Below are positions 8,700 through 16,667 of a stretch of 24,000 nt of DNA, piece by piece. A program made the translations under genes and the position numbers. Source of the stretch: Deferribacteraceae bacterium UBA6793 (GTDB lineage Bacteria > Chrysiogenota > Deferribacteres > Deferribacterales > Geovibrionaceae). The notes beneath the pieces are model-generated. The model did no database searches. It was given only the letters and a program-made list of their open reading frames with translations, and had not been told where the DNA came from. Every line of letters starts with the position of its first letter. Position 1 is the first letter of the stretch. The stretch covers positions 146,393 to 170,392 of the forward strand of contig DKFP01000009.1 in NCBI GenBank assembly GCA_002452405.1, written 5' to 3'.

Positions 8700-11279
8700 A
8701 TGTGTAATTCGCAGGCAATTAAAAAATACTATCAGGAAACGTGGGAAAATATTAAAAAGAACCGCTTTTCCTATTCAACATCATGGCAGCTCAGCCAGAG
8801 ACTAACGGAACTTGCAGACGAAATAGTCATTAAAACCTGTCAGTCTGCCGGGGAGACGGACGGAATAGCCGTTCTTGCCCTCGGCGGATATGCCAGAGAA
8901 CAGATGGCGCCGTTTTCCGACATCGACATCCTTATTCTGCACAAGGGGAGGATGAACAAAAACTATGAGCGGTTCATCAGCGAGTTCACCACCTTTATGT
9001 GGGACATCGGCGTAAACCCCGGTATTCAGGTCAAGGAACTTAAAGAGGTCACAAAAGCGGCTCTGGAAGACGAAGTCGTGCGCACCTCTTTCATAGATAA
9101 CCGATTCCTCTTTGGTGCGCGGAAGGTTTATGAAGCATTCCTCAAAATTATCAACGAAAAAGTCATGGAGAAGGGAAAACATGAGTTCCTTCTCATGAAA
9201 ATAGATGGCGTGCGAAACAGAAACAGCAAGTTCCGCGATTCCATCTTCCGCCTTCAGCCCAATATCAAAGAGGGTAACGGCGGGATGCGCGACATAAACA
9301 CCATCTACTGGATATGCAAAATACTTTATAAGACCAAAAGTCTCCACGAAACCGTCAAGCACAACATTCTCACCCACAGCGAATATGAGAAACTCATAGA
9401 AAACGCGGAGTTCCTCTTCCGTGTGCGAAATGAACTACACTACTATCACAACCGGAAATACGACGTCATGAGCCTTGAAGCGCAGATGGATATTGCCAAA
9501 AATCTTGGTTACACAGCTACTTCCAGCGTTCAGAGCGTCGAAATCTTTATGCGCGACTACTACATAATGGCGAAAACCACAGCGGAGATAACTCAGAAGG
9601 TCATCAACCGCACCCTGGCGGAACTCTCAAACAAATGGTTCCAGAAAAAAGTATTCTCGCTCCGTCTTTCAGACGGTTTCGTTCAGTATGCAAACACGCT
9701 GACCGTTGAAAGCAAAAATATTTTCGATGAAAACCCCAGAAAACTTATCTCGGTTTTCACATATGCCGCGAACAAAGGACTGAAACTCGCCGACTCCACC
9801 ATCGACCTCATAAAAGAAAAAACTTACCTCATCGACGCTGAATTTACACAGAAATACGGTGCTGTGTTTCTTAAAGCGATATCATCCTTTCCTGATTCCA
9901 GCCGTATCGTTTCGAACATGGCGAAATGCGGCATTTTGCAGGCAATTATACCTGAATTTGAATACATTATATGCCGCGCACAGTTCGACTATTACCACCA
10001 CTATACGGTGGACGAACATACTTACCTCGCACTGAGCTATCTGGATAAGCTCACAGGCAGTCTGCCGCCCCACCTTGAAAGGTATCAGGAGGCTTTTAAC
10101 AGACTGAAACGCAAAGACCTGCTGGCGCTCTCCGTTCTTCTCCACGACATAGGAAAGGGACAGGGCAAAAACCACAGCATTGTCGGAGCACAGATGACCC
10201 GCTCAATATGCAAATTCCTCGGCATGGGACTTGAGGATACGGACACAGTTTGCAGCATGGTCGAACATCACCTGCTCATGAGCCACATCGCCCAGCGGCG
10301 TGACCTGCACAGCATCGACGTTATAAATCACTTCGTAAGCTATGTTAACAACCAGCAGGAACTAGATATCCTCTTCCTGCTCACCTATGCGGACATGAAC
10401 GCAGTTGGCGGCGCGGCGTTTAACGAATGGAAGAACAGCCTGCTTAAAGAACTGCACGAAAAAGCTGAACAGGCGCTGAACAACGAAGACCTCGTTCAGG
10501 AATACAACGCTGTCGTGAAACTCCGACGTGAAAAACTGGAAGAACGCTGCAAGCTCACACCGGAAATATACGAGGCTTCAAAGACCCTCGACGATGAATT
10601 TATCTATGGAAACAAAGCCGGACAGATAATCAGCTATCTCTCCATGGCGCTGAAAATAAACGAAAAGAACCCCATAATAGTGGAAGTGGACACCAGAAAA
10701 GAGCTTGACACAATGCAGATACTCGTCTGTACCTATGACCACGTCGGACTTCTGCGCAAGATATGCGGGGCGCTGGCATCACTTGGATACAACATCAAAT
10801 GGGCGCAGATATACACCATGAACAACGACATAACCATCGACAACATTCTGGTGGACAACCCTTTTGCCGGCTCTAAAATACCTGACAATAAAAAAGAACT
10901 GCTCATAAACCGCATAATAGGCACGATAAACGGAGAAACTGATATTGAAAAGCTCATAGAACGCTCTTCCAGTTCTATTCTGGCGCAACCGAAACTCATG
11001 AGCAAAAAAGAAAAAATCACATTCGACAACCAGGTTTCTTCGCAGTACACTGTAATAGACATATATGCACAGGACAGACTGGGGCTGCTTTACAGTATCC
11101 TCGGAGTGTTTAACCGCATGGGTGTCAGCGTTGACAAAGCAAAGATTTCAACCGACGTTGACAGAGTTGTGGATTCCTTCTATCTCACAGATGCCGAAGG
11201 ACGAAAACTCACTGATTCCGTTATCCTTGAAGATATTAAAAAGGAGCTTTTAAAAGAAATTGAAAGCCGCAGTGTATAA
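8700..11279 (+). CDS. glnD: [protein-PII] uridylyltransferase / uridylyl-removing enzyme
   Basis: 859 aa. Nucleotidyltransferase motif GGYAREQMAPFSDIDILIL, HD domain LLHDIGKG, and two C-terminal ACT-like repeats (ILVCTYDHVGLL..., IDIYAQDRLGLL...). Confidence 0.9.
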   Translation: MCNSQAIKKYYQETWENIKKNRFSYSTSWQLSQRLTELADEIVIKTCQSAGETDGIAVLALGGYAREQMAPFSDIDILILHKGRMNKNYERFISEFTTFMWDIGVNPGIQVKELKEVTKAALEDEVVRTSFIDNRFLFGARKVYEAFLKIINEKVMEKGKHEFLLMKIDGVRNRNSKFRDSIFRLQPNIKEGNGGMRDINTIYWICKILYKTKSLHETVKHNILTHSEYEKLIENAEFLFRVRNELHYYHNRKYDVMSLEAQMDIAKNLGYTATSSVQSVEIFMRDYYIMAKTTAEITQKVINRTLAELSNKWFQKKVFSLRLSDGFVQYANTLTVESKNIFDENPRKLISVFTYAANKGLKLADSTIDLIKEKTYLIDAEFTQKYGAVFLKAISSFPDSSRIVSNMAKCGILQAIIPEFEYIICRAQFDYYHHYTVDEHTYLALSYLDKLTGSLPPHLERYQEAFNRLKRKDLLALSVLLHDIGKGQGKNHSIVGAQMTRSICKFLGMGLEDTDTVCSMVEHHLLMSHIAQRRDLHSIDVINHFVSYVNNQQELDILFLLTYADMNAVGGAAFNEWKNSLLKELHEKAEQALNNEDLVQEYNAVVKLRREKLEERCKLTPEIYEASKTLDDEFIYGNKAGQIISYLSMALKINEKNPIIVEVDTRKELDTMQILVCTYDHVGLLRKICGALASLGYNIKWAQIYTMNNDITIDNILVDNPFAGSKIPDNKKELLINRIIGTINGETDIEKLIERSSSSILAQPKLMSKKEKITFDNQVSSQYTVIDIYAQDRLGLLYSILGVFNRMGVSVDKAKISTDVDRVVDSFYLTDAEGRKLTDSVILEDIKKELLKEIESRSV

Positions 11280-12699
11280 GAGGCTAAGCAATTTTAAGGA
11301 GCTGGACGCAGAGCTTGAAACCTGCTTCCGTATAACCGACGACATGGACGAAGCCGACATTGTTGTCACGGACAATACGGAGTTTATCAAAGAAAATAAG
11401 CTGAATATCATAATATCCGAAAATGTACCGGAAAACCATGTAAGTATTAATCCAAACACCCCAACGGCTTATATGCTTGAAGACATTAAGCTCGTCATCA
11501 AAACGTACTCGATTTCGCCCAGAATCGACCGCATCTGTTTTCTTCAGGAGCAAAACGCACTGCTTTCCGAGGCAAACAAGGGGCTTGTTGAGCTTTACAA
11601 CCTGATAGATAACAAAAACCATCAGATCGAGTTTCTGAAAACCAAACTCGAAAATATCATCAACTCCGCAGGCGAAAGTATTGTCGAACTGAACGAAGAA
11701 CTTCACATAACTTATGCAAACCAGAAGTTCGCAGATACCACCGGTTACGACAGACAGGGTGCTGTCGGAACAGATTTTCTGTCGCTGATACACACACAGG
11801 ACACAAACCACTTCAAAGATACGCTTAATCTCGTGGCAACGGAGAAGACAGCTAACCTCCAAATGCGGCTGAGGGCGGAAAACGGCGCATATATTACCGT
11901 TAACGCCTACGCCACCATGGTCACAAACTCTATCCCCCACTACGAGATAATCTTCGAAGACATCAGCAAAAAACTGCTCATAGAACAACATATGAAAAAA
12001 CTGGAGGAAAAGGCTATCGTCGCCGGATTTTCCAGACACCTTTCACACAATATTCTGAACGCACTAACCGTAGCCGCCGGATTTCTGAGAAAAATACGCT
12101 CCGAATCCGAAGTGAACGAACAACAGGCGCAAAAATGGAGCGTTGTTGAACATAAATGCAGGCTGATTGAAGAAATCGTCACAGGATACAACGACTACAC
12201 AAACGCAATATCCATGCGCCTGGACGAGAATTTCGACGTCGCCGGATTTCTGAGGTCTGTGATTGAAGAAGTACGGGACAAGACTTTTTCAAAAAACTTC
12301 TCCGCTTTCCTTTATAACTTTCTCGACCAGTACACCATGACAACAGAATTTAAAGACAATAAGGAATTTACAATGCACGGCAGCCGCATGTTTCTCAAAA
12401 TGGCGGTGTGCTATATCATAAAAGACTCTATCCGCTTTTTCGACGAATATGTACCGCTGCGGTTCAAAATCACTACGGAAGAACAAAAAGACAAGTTTAT
12501 CATAGAAATACGTCTGCACGATGTGGACGTTGACACTGCCATCATAAACACTATGCTGCAACCATGGAACCATCAGGTGCTTTCACAGAGTTTTGATTAC
12601 TGGGGAATCGTTATTTCTAACGTTATTGTGGAAAAACACGGCGGAACCATGCACCTTCGCAAGGACTCCGCCGGTCTCAGTTTTATTATCGAGCTTTAA
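11260..12699 (+). CDS. PAS-domain sensor histidine-kinase-like protein with degenerate ATP-binding boxes; no adjacent response regulator
   Basis: 479 aa. PAS core (GESIVELNEELHITYANQKFADTTGYDRQGAVGTDFLSLIH). H-box of HEIxNPL type (SRHLSHNILNALTVAAGFL). C-terminal HATPase-like end (VEKHGGTMHLRKDSAGLSFIIEL). TTG start with AAGGAG 13 nt upstream, 20 nt inside glnD; alternative ATGs lie at 11344 and 11473. Confidence 0.65.
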   Translation: MKAAVYKRLSNFKELDAELETCFRITDDMDEADIVVTDNTEFIKENKLNIIISENVPENHVSINPNTPTAYMLEDIKLVIKTYSISPRIDRICFLQEQNALLSEANKGLVELYNLIDNKNHQIEFLKTKLENIINSAGESIVELNEELHITYANQKFADTTGYDRQGAVGTDFLSLIHTQDTNHFKDTLNLVATEKTANLQMRLRAENGAYITVNAYATMVTNSIPHYEIIFEDISKKLLIEQHMKKLEEKAIVAGFSRHLSHNILNALTVAAGFLRKIRSESEVNEQQAQKWSVVEHKCRLIEEIVTGYNDYTNAISMRLDENFDVAGFLRSVIEEVRDKTFSKNFSAFLYNFLDQYTMTTEFKDNKEFTMHGSRMFLKMAVCYIIKDSIRFFDEYVPLRFKITTEEQKDKFIIEIRLHDVDVDTAIINTMLQPWNHQVLSQSFDYWGIVISNVIVEKHGGTMHLRKDSAGLSFIIEL

Positions 12700-12704
12700 A
12701 ATAT

Positions 12705-12742
12705 GTCACTGCGAGGAGGCTATTAGCCGACGCGGCAGTCTA
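12705..12742. repeat. REP-like GC-rich element (family 2) between convergent genes
   Basis: GTCACTGCGAGGAGGCTATTAGCCGACGCGGCAGTCTA. The ends (CAYTGCGAGGAG ... GCARTCT) match the copies at 23095-23164. It contains short inverted repeats (ACTGC/GCAGT, GGCT/AGCC). It fills the 47-nt gap between the stops of the kinase-like gene and the TerC-family gene. Confidence 0.4.
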
Positions 12743-12746
12743 TTTA

Positions 12747-13496
12747 CTAATCCTTACTTATCACAGGCGCACGCAGCAGAACACTCTTCTGGTGCTTTTT
12801 GCGCACTTTCGTGTTCAGCGCTTCCACTATGATTGAGAAGGTGATTGCAAAATACAGATATCCCTTGGGGATGTGGAAATGCAGACCTTCACCCACGAGG
12901 CTCATACCTATCAGCATCAGGAAGCTGAGAGCAAGCATCTTGAACGTTGGGTGCCCTTCGATAAAATCAGCTATGTATTTGCTGGTGAACATCATAACAG
13001 CAACGGATATGATTATCACCGCAACCATCATGGATACAAATTTCACCATACCGACGGCTGTTATCACCGAATCGACGGAGAAGACGAGGTCCAGCATAAG
13101 TATCTGGATTATGATTCCCATCATACTGGTTGACACTTTAACATCTTTCTCTTCATGCCCGCCATCCTCAACAGAATGATGTATCTCCATGGTGCTTTTA
13201 GCCAGCAGGAACAGACCGCCCACAACAAGGATAAGGTCTTTCCATGAAATAGCTTTTTCAAAGGCTGTGAACACTGGTTCCGTGAGTCCGATTACCCACG
13301 AAATACCCATTACAAGCAAAATACGCATGACCATAGCAAGGGTAAGCCCCAGCTTGCGCACTTTTTCTCTTTTTTCTTCGGGGAGTTTATTTGTCAAAAC
13401 GCTGATAAAGATGATGTTGTCGATACCCAGAACGATTTCCAGAAGCAGAAGCACCGCAAAAGCAAACCATTGGGACGGATCGGCAAGCCACTCCAT
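12747..13496 (-). CDS. TerC-family integral membrane protein
   Basis: 249 aa, about 7 hydrophobic helices. N-terminal signature LLLEIVLGIDNIIFISVL and a second DSVITAVGM repeat typical of TerC/Alx/YkoY proteins. GAGGTG RBS upstream. Confidence 0.85.
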   Translation of the reverse strand: MEWLADPSQWFAFAVLLLLEIVLGIDNIIFISVLTNKLPEEKREKVRKLGLTLAMVMRILLVMGISWVIGLTEPVFTAFEKAISWKDLILVVGGLFLLAKSTMEIHHSVEDGGHEEKDVKVSTSMMGIIIQILMLDLVFSVDSVITAVGMVKFVSMMVAVIIISVAVMMFTSKYIADFIEGHPTFKMLALSFLMLIGMSLVGEGLHFHIPKGYLYFAITFSIIVEALNTKVRKKHQKSVLLRAPVISKD

Positions 13497-13704
13497 ATAC
13501 TTTTCACCTCAGTGTAATTTGCGCGGATTATATATTATCGCGCGTCAAAATGATAGCGGAACTAAGAAAATTTTTTATAGGAAAAGTTCAAAAAAGAAAT
13601 GAATGGACTATTCGTAATGCGTCCAGAGGCGGATAATTTTGATGGTATCTTTTAATAATTCATATAAGAGATTTGTAAATCATTAAATTTGTCTTCTTAA
13701 TGCA

Positions 13705-14262
13705 CTAGATTGTCATATTAATAAGATGCTTGCGGATGTTTTCAATTTCATCAACGGAATAGTCGGATGAACCCAAAACATATCCTGACCATAAGCCATC
13801 TGCCGCCAATCTCACCGTTAATAAATCCAAACCACCATCACTTATAATATGTTCACAGCTTTGCTTTTCATACCAAAACGTCCAGCGTGCTTTTAAATCA
13901 GGATCCAATATCATTGAGATGGCTGCTGCTGACCAGAGAGTGCCATTATTCTCTAAAATATCATCAAATAATGTATTTACATAAGCTCTCGAAAACTTAC
14001 CGTGATCCAGAGTATCTTTTTGCATATATCGTTCAACATTTTCGGAAAATTTTTCAATTATACGGTCAAACACCGCATCTATAAGAGATTGTTTACAATC
14101 AAAATGGTGAAAAAAACCACCCTTTGTAATTTTCGCTTCATCAGCTACCGCCTGAATGGTCAAACCTGATAGTCCGACAGTACTGGCTATTTTCTCCGCG
14201 GACTCTAATATAGCCAAACGTACTTCTTGCGGATTTTTTTTACGCTTATAATTATTCGTCAT
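13705..14262 (-). CDS. TetR/AcrR-family transcriptional repressor
   Basis: 185 aa. N-terminal TetR_N HTH (ILESAEKIASTVGLSGLTIQAVADEAKITKGGFFHHF). The ATG lies 1 nt after the stop of the SMR gene, so the two form an operon. Confidence 0.9.
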   Translation of the reverse strand: MTNNYKRKKNPQEVRLAILESAEKIASTVGLSGLTIQAVADEAKITKGGFFHHFDCKQSLIDAVFDRIIEKFSENVERYMQKDTLDHGKFSRAYVNTLFDDILENNGTLWSAAAISMILDPDLKARWTFWYEKQSCEHIISDGGLDLLTVRLAADGLWSGYVLGSSDYSVDEIENIRKHLINMTI

Positions 14263-14263
14263 A

Positions 14264-14608
14264 TCAATGTGCTACTGACTTTGAAAATAGATTCACGACA
14301 ACAACTCCTGCAATGATAAGAGAAATACCTATAAAGCCTGCTATGTCTAATGGTTGGCGAAATAAAACAACACTAATACCAGTAGTCAATATGATACCTA
14401 CTCCTCCCCATATAGCATACGCAACACTAAGAGGAAGGACTTTAAGAGACTGTGAAAGCATATAAAATGATATAATATAAAATATAATCATTAAAATAAC
14501 AGGTATACGGTTAGTAAATTGCTCTGATTTCTGCAAAAATGTTGTACCAATAATCTCAAAAACAACCGCTGATGCTAAACACAGATACCCACTCATAAGG
14601 CTGTTCAT
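14264..14608 (-). CDS. small multidrug resistance (SMR) family efflux transporter (EmrE/QacE-like)
   Basis: 114 aa, 4 TM helices. Essential TM1 glutamate context VVFEIIGTTFLQ and the AYAIWGGVGI motif. GAGGT RBS 6 nt upstream. Confidence 0.9.
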   Translation of the reverse strand: MNSLMSGYLCLASAVVFEIIGTTFLQKSEQFTNRIPVILMIIFYIISFYMLSQSLKVLPLSVAYAIWGGVGIILTTGISVVLFRQPLDIAGFIGISLIIAGVVVVNLFSKSVAH

Positions 14609-14635
14609 ACTGTAACCTCAATCATTCTTTCAATT

Positions 14636-14665
14636 AAAGATACCGAATAGTCGGTATCTTTTCAA
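14636..14665 (-). promoter_or_regulatory. candidate promoter with embedded palindromic operator for the SMR-TetR operon
   Basis: Read on the minus strand: TTGAAA (14665-14660), then a 17-nt spacer AGATACCGACTATTCGG, then TATCTT (14642-14637). The spacer and -10 form a perfect inverted repeat, AAAGATACCGA-nnnn-TCGGTATCTTT (14636-14661). The element lies about 28 nt upstream of the SMR ATG. Confidence 0.35.
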
Positions 14666-14737
14666 GTTTTATTTTCAATTAAGAAAGTAAAATTTAAACC
14701 TGTTTCAATAGTTTTAACCCCTGAATAATCTCTAGAA

Positions 14738-15043
14738 TTAATATTGCGCTGACATTGGCTGTATATGGCTGACGTCGGTTGTCTGCTCAGCTTTCCAGAG
14801 GTCATAAGCCTGTTGCATGTTCAACCAGCTTTGGGGTGTTGTGCCGAAAAACTTACTTAGTTTCAGGGCTATTTCAGGTGTTACCCCTCTGCGTTTGTTG
14901 CAAATCTGATTGATGGTGCGGAAGGACACCCCAAGAGCTTCGGCAAGTCCGCTCTGTGTCAGACTTTCAGTTTCATGTATTATCTCGGCAAGATATTCTC
15001 CGGGGTGTTCCGGCTGTCTTAACATTTCTCTGTCGCCCATCAT
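14738..15043 (-). CDS. HigA-family (VapI-type) XRE helix-turn-helix antitoxin-like protein, without a cognate HigB
   Basis: 101 aa. HPGEYLAEII..., LTQSGLAEALGVSFRTINQICNKRRGVTPEIALKLSKFFGTTPQSWLNMQQAYDLW is the canonical HigA antidote pattern. Its ATG overlaps the stop of the preceding antitoxin gene (ATGA at 15040-15043). Confidence 0.8.
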   Translation of the reverse strand: MMGDREMLRQPEHPGEYLAEIIHETESLTQSGLAEALGVSFRTINQICNKRRGVTPEIALKLSKFFGTTPQSWLNMQQAYDLWKAEQTTDVSHIQPMSAQY

Positions 15044-15348
15044 GCACTCTGTTTTTTGAAATACAGCGAATATCCCAGTGCCGACAAAATTTCTTTAATG
15101 GTTTTCAGCTTCGGATTTCCCTTACCCGAAAGAGTCTTGTAAAGCGATTCTCTGGATAAACCCGTAACCTCTGCAAGTTTCGCAAAACCAATACCAGCCT
15201 GAACAACCTGTCTGATTGCAAGAAGAAGTTCCGCCTCATCCCCTGTTTCGACATAATCTTCCACTGCGATATCAAGATAAGCCGCACGGTTTTCAGGCGA
15301 TGAAAGCCGTTCCTGAATTAAACTATCCAGTGTTCTATAAGTTCTCAT
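15040..15348 (-). CDS. type II antitoxin, HI1420-type addiction-module antidote (HTH)
   Basis: I use the internal ATG at 15348 (MRTYRTLDSL...), giving 102 aa. The pattern ...AAYLDIAVE...GDEAELLLAIRQVVQAGIGFAKLAEVTGLSRESLYKTLSGKGNPKLKTIKEILSALGYSL matches the antidote family that follows HI1419-type killers. The longer track ORF (to 15525) would overlap the toxin gene out of frame. Confidence 0.75.
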   Translation of the reverse strand: MRTYRTLDSLIQERLSSPENRAAYLDIAVEDYVETGDEAELLLAIRQVVQAGIGFAKLAEVTGLSRESLYKTLSGKGNPKLKTIKEILSALGYSLYFKKQSA

Positions 15349-15655
15349 TGTAATCTCTCCAAAACTCTTTTGCAGACTCAATATCCTTGTTTTGAGTCTT
15401 TTTGTTTCCGCCGCACAAAAGAATAACAACTTTGTTATCTTTAACTCCGTAATATACTCTATATCCTCCACCGTATGTAAAACGAAGTTCGTTAACATAA
15501 TCACCAACCGACTTACTATCTCCAAAATTGCCCAGTTTCAGCCTGTCAATTCTTTTAAGAACACGCATCTGGTCTTTAAAGTCTATATTTTCCAACCAGA
15601 TACTAAACGGTTCTCTTCCGTTTTCACTTTGATAGATGATGATTTCATATGCCAT
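15335..15655 (-). CDS. type II toxin, HI1419-type addiction-module killer (RelE/ParE superfamily)
   Basis: 106 aa. LKLGNFGDSKSVGDYVNELRFTYGGGYRVYYGVKDNKVVILLCGGNKKTQNKDIESAKEFW is the signature of this killer family. It overlaps the antitoxin start by 14 nt. Confidence 0.8.
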   Translation of the reverse strand: MAYEIIIYQSENGREPFSIWLENIDFKDQMRVLKRIDRLKLGNFGDSKSVGDYVNELRFTYGGGYRVYYGVKDNKVVILLCGGNKKTQNKDIESAKEFWRDYNENL

Positions 15656-15750
15656 ATATAAAAGTAGCCTTCAGGCTACTTTTTGTCAACATTTTCTATT
15701 TGGATAAGACTGTTTTGCCGTCGGCTCACAGAGACAGAATAAAAAGAAAA

Positions 15751-15781
15751 CCCCACCCAGCCTCCCTTTTATAAAGGGAGG
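15751..15781. repeat. REP-like hairpin element (family 1), inverted orientation
   Basis: CCCCACCCAG followed by CCTCCCTTT-tat-AAAGGGAGG (9-bp stem, 3-nt loop). The reverse complement (CCTCCCTTT..AAAGGGAGG CTGGGTGGGG) matches the element at 21869-21898. Confidence 0.55.
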
Positions 15782-15911
15782 AGCAGTATTTTGGTGCTTA
15801 GATGCAAGTTATACAAGGAAGGGCGAGAGAGAGGGCTGCGAGCATACATATAAGTATGTGAGCAGTTCCGAGCGAGAACTGACGAAGTAGAACGCCGCAT
15901 ATAAGCGCCAA

Positions 15912-15944
15912 AAGAAAAAAAAGGGGAGCCGAAGCTCCCCTTTT
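15912..15944 (-). terminator. intrinsic terminator of the sdh operon
   Basis: Immediately after the sdhB stop on the minus strand: stem GGGGAGC/GCTCCCC (15923-15929 and 15934-15940), tetraloop, then about 8 T. A/T runs on both sides mean it could act in either direction. Confidence 0.7.
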
Positions 15945-15945
15945 A

Positions 15946-16653
15946 TCAAACCTGCTGATCCAGCAGCATTTTCCTGATGTTCATGATAGCTTCTGTGGGG
16001 TTCAGTTCTTTCGGACATGCCTCCACACAGTTGTAAATGGTGTGGCATCTCCACACGCCGTGCTTGTCGTTCAGGATAGGCAGACGCTCTTCCGCGCCCT
16101 CGTCTCTTGAGTCGACAATATATCTCCATGCGCGAAGTGCCGCGTTGGGTCCGAGATATTTTTTGTCAGCCCAGAAAGAGGGGCAAGAAGATGAGCAGCA
16201 TCCGCAAAGGATACACTCATACAGTCCGTCCAGTTTCTTTCTGTCTTCCGGTGACTGATAGATTTCTTTATCAGGGTTCGGAGACTTTCTGATGAGGTAG
16301 GGTTTAACAGCTATGAACTTGTTGAAGAAATCGTCTACATCTACAACAAGGTCTCTCATAACGTTCATACCGGGAAGGGGCTGAACAACTATGTGGTCTG
16401 CGCCCAGATCCTCAACTTTTGTCATACATGAAAGCATGTTAACGCCGTTAACGTTCAGACCGTCAGATCCGCAAACGCCTTCTCTGCAAGAGCGGCGGTA
16501 TGTAAGAGTGGGGTCCTGCTCCCATTTTATCTGGTTAAGAGCGTCCAGCATAAGGTAGCCGGGTCTTCTCAGCTCAACCTTATATGTCTGGTAATAAGGC
16601 TCTTTATCCTTATCAGGGTCGTATCTGAAAATTTCAAATGTTACTGTAGTCAT
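15946..16653 (-). CDS. sdhB: succinate dehydrogenase / fumarate reductase iron-sulfur subunit
   Basis: 235 aa. 2Fe-2S motif CREGVCGSDG, 4Fe-4S motif CILCGCCSSSCP, 3Fe-4S motif CHTIYNCVEACP. Confidence 0.95.
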   Translation of the reverse strand: MTTVTFEIFRYDPDKDKEPYYQTYKVELRRPGYLMLDALNQIKWEQDPTLTYRRSCREGVCGSDGLNVNGVNMLSCMTKVEDLGADHIVVQPLPGMNVMRDLVVDVDDFFNKFIAVKPYLIRKSPNPDKEIYQSPEDRKKLDGLYECILCGCCSSSCPSFWADKKYLGPNAALRAWRYIVDSRDEGAEERLPILNDKHGVWRCHTIYNCVEACPKELNPTEAIMNIRKMLLDQQV

Positions 16654-16667
16654 ATTTCCATCTCCCC

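Noticed and set aside
13497-13704. Possible yybP-ykoY manganese riboswitch in the 208-nt leader of the TerC-family gene, since TerC/Alx/YkoY genes are classic targets.
   Set aside because: Read on the minus strand, the leader lacks the conserved GGGGAGUAG... / ...GACAUA cores. It shows only a small GCGCG..CGCGC hairpin over an AT-rich TATAAT-like stretch and a GAGGTG RBS. A covariance-model scan would settle it.
13644-14662. The 10-nt direct repeat GGTATCTTTT flanking the SMR-TetR cassette, read as a transposition target-site duplication.
   Set aside because: There is no transposase and no terminal inverted repeats. One copy is simply half of the operator palindrome, and exact 10-mers recur by chance many times in AT-rich DNA of this length. 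It is kept only as a side note under the operator finding.
15349-15525. The track's 161-aa ORF (15040-15525) taken as one long protein.
   Set aside because: Its first 59 codons overlap the toxin gene out of frame and have no family resemblance. The antidote-family homology starts at the internal ATG 15348, which gives the usual 14-nt toxin/antitoxin overlap.
15809-16129. 106-aa minus-strand ORF spanning the sdhB 3' end and the intergenic repeat region.
   Set aside because: It overlaps sdhB out of frame, reads through the sdh terminator and the repeat-like DNA, and has no RBS or recognisable domain.
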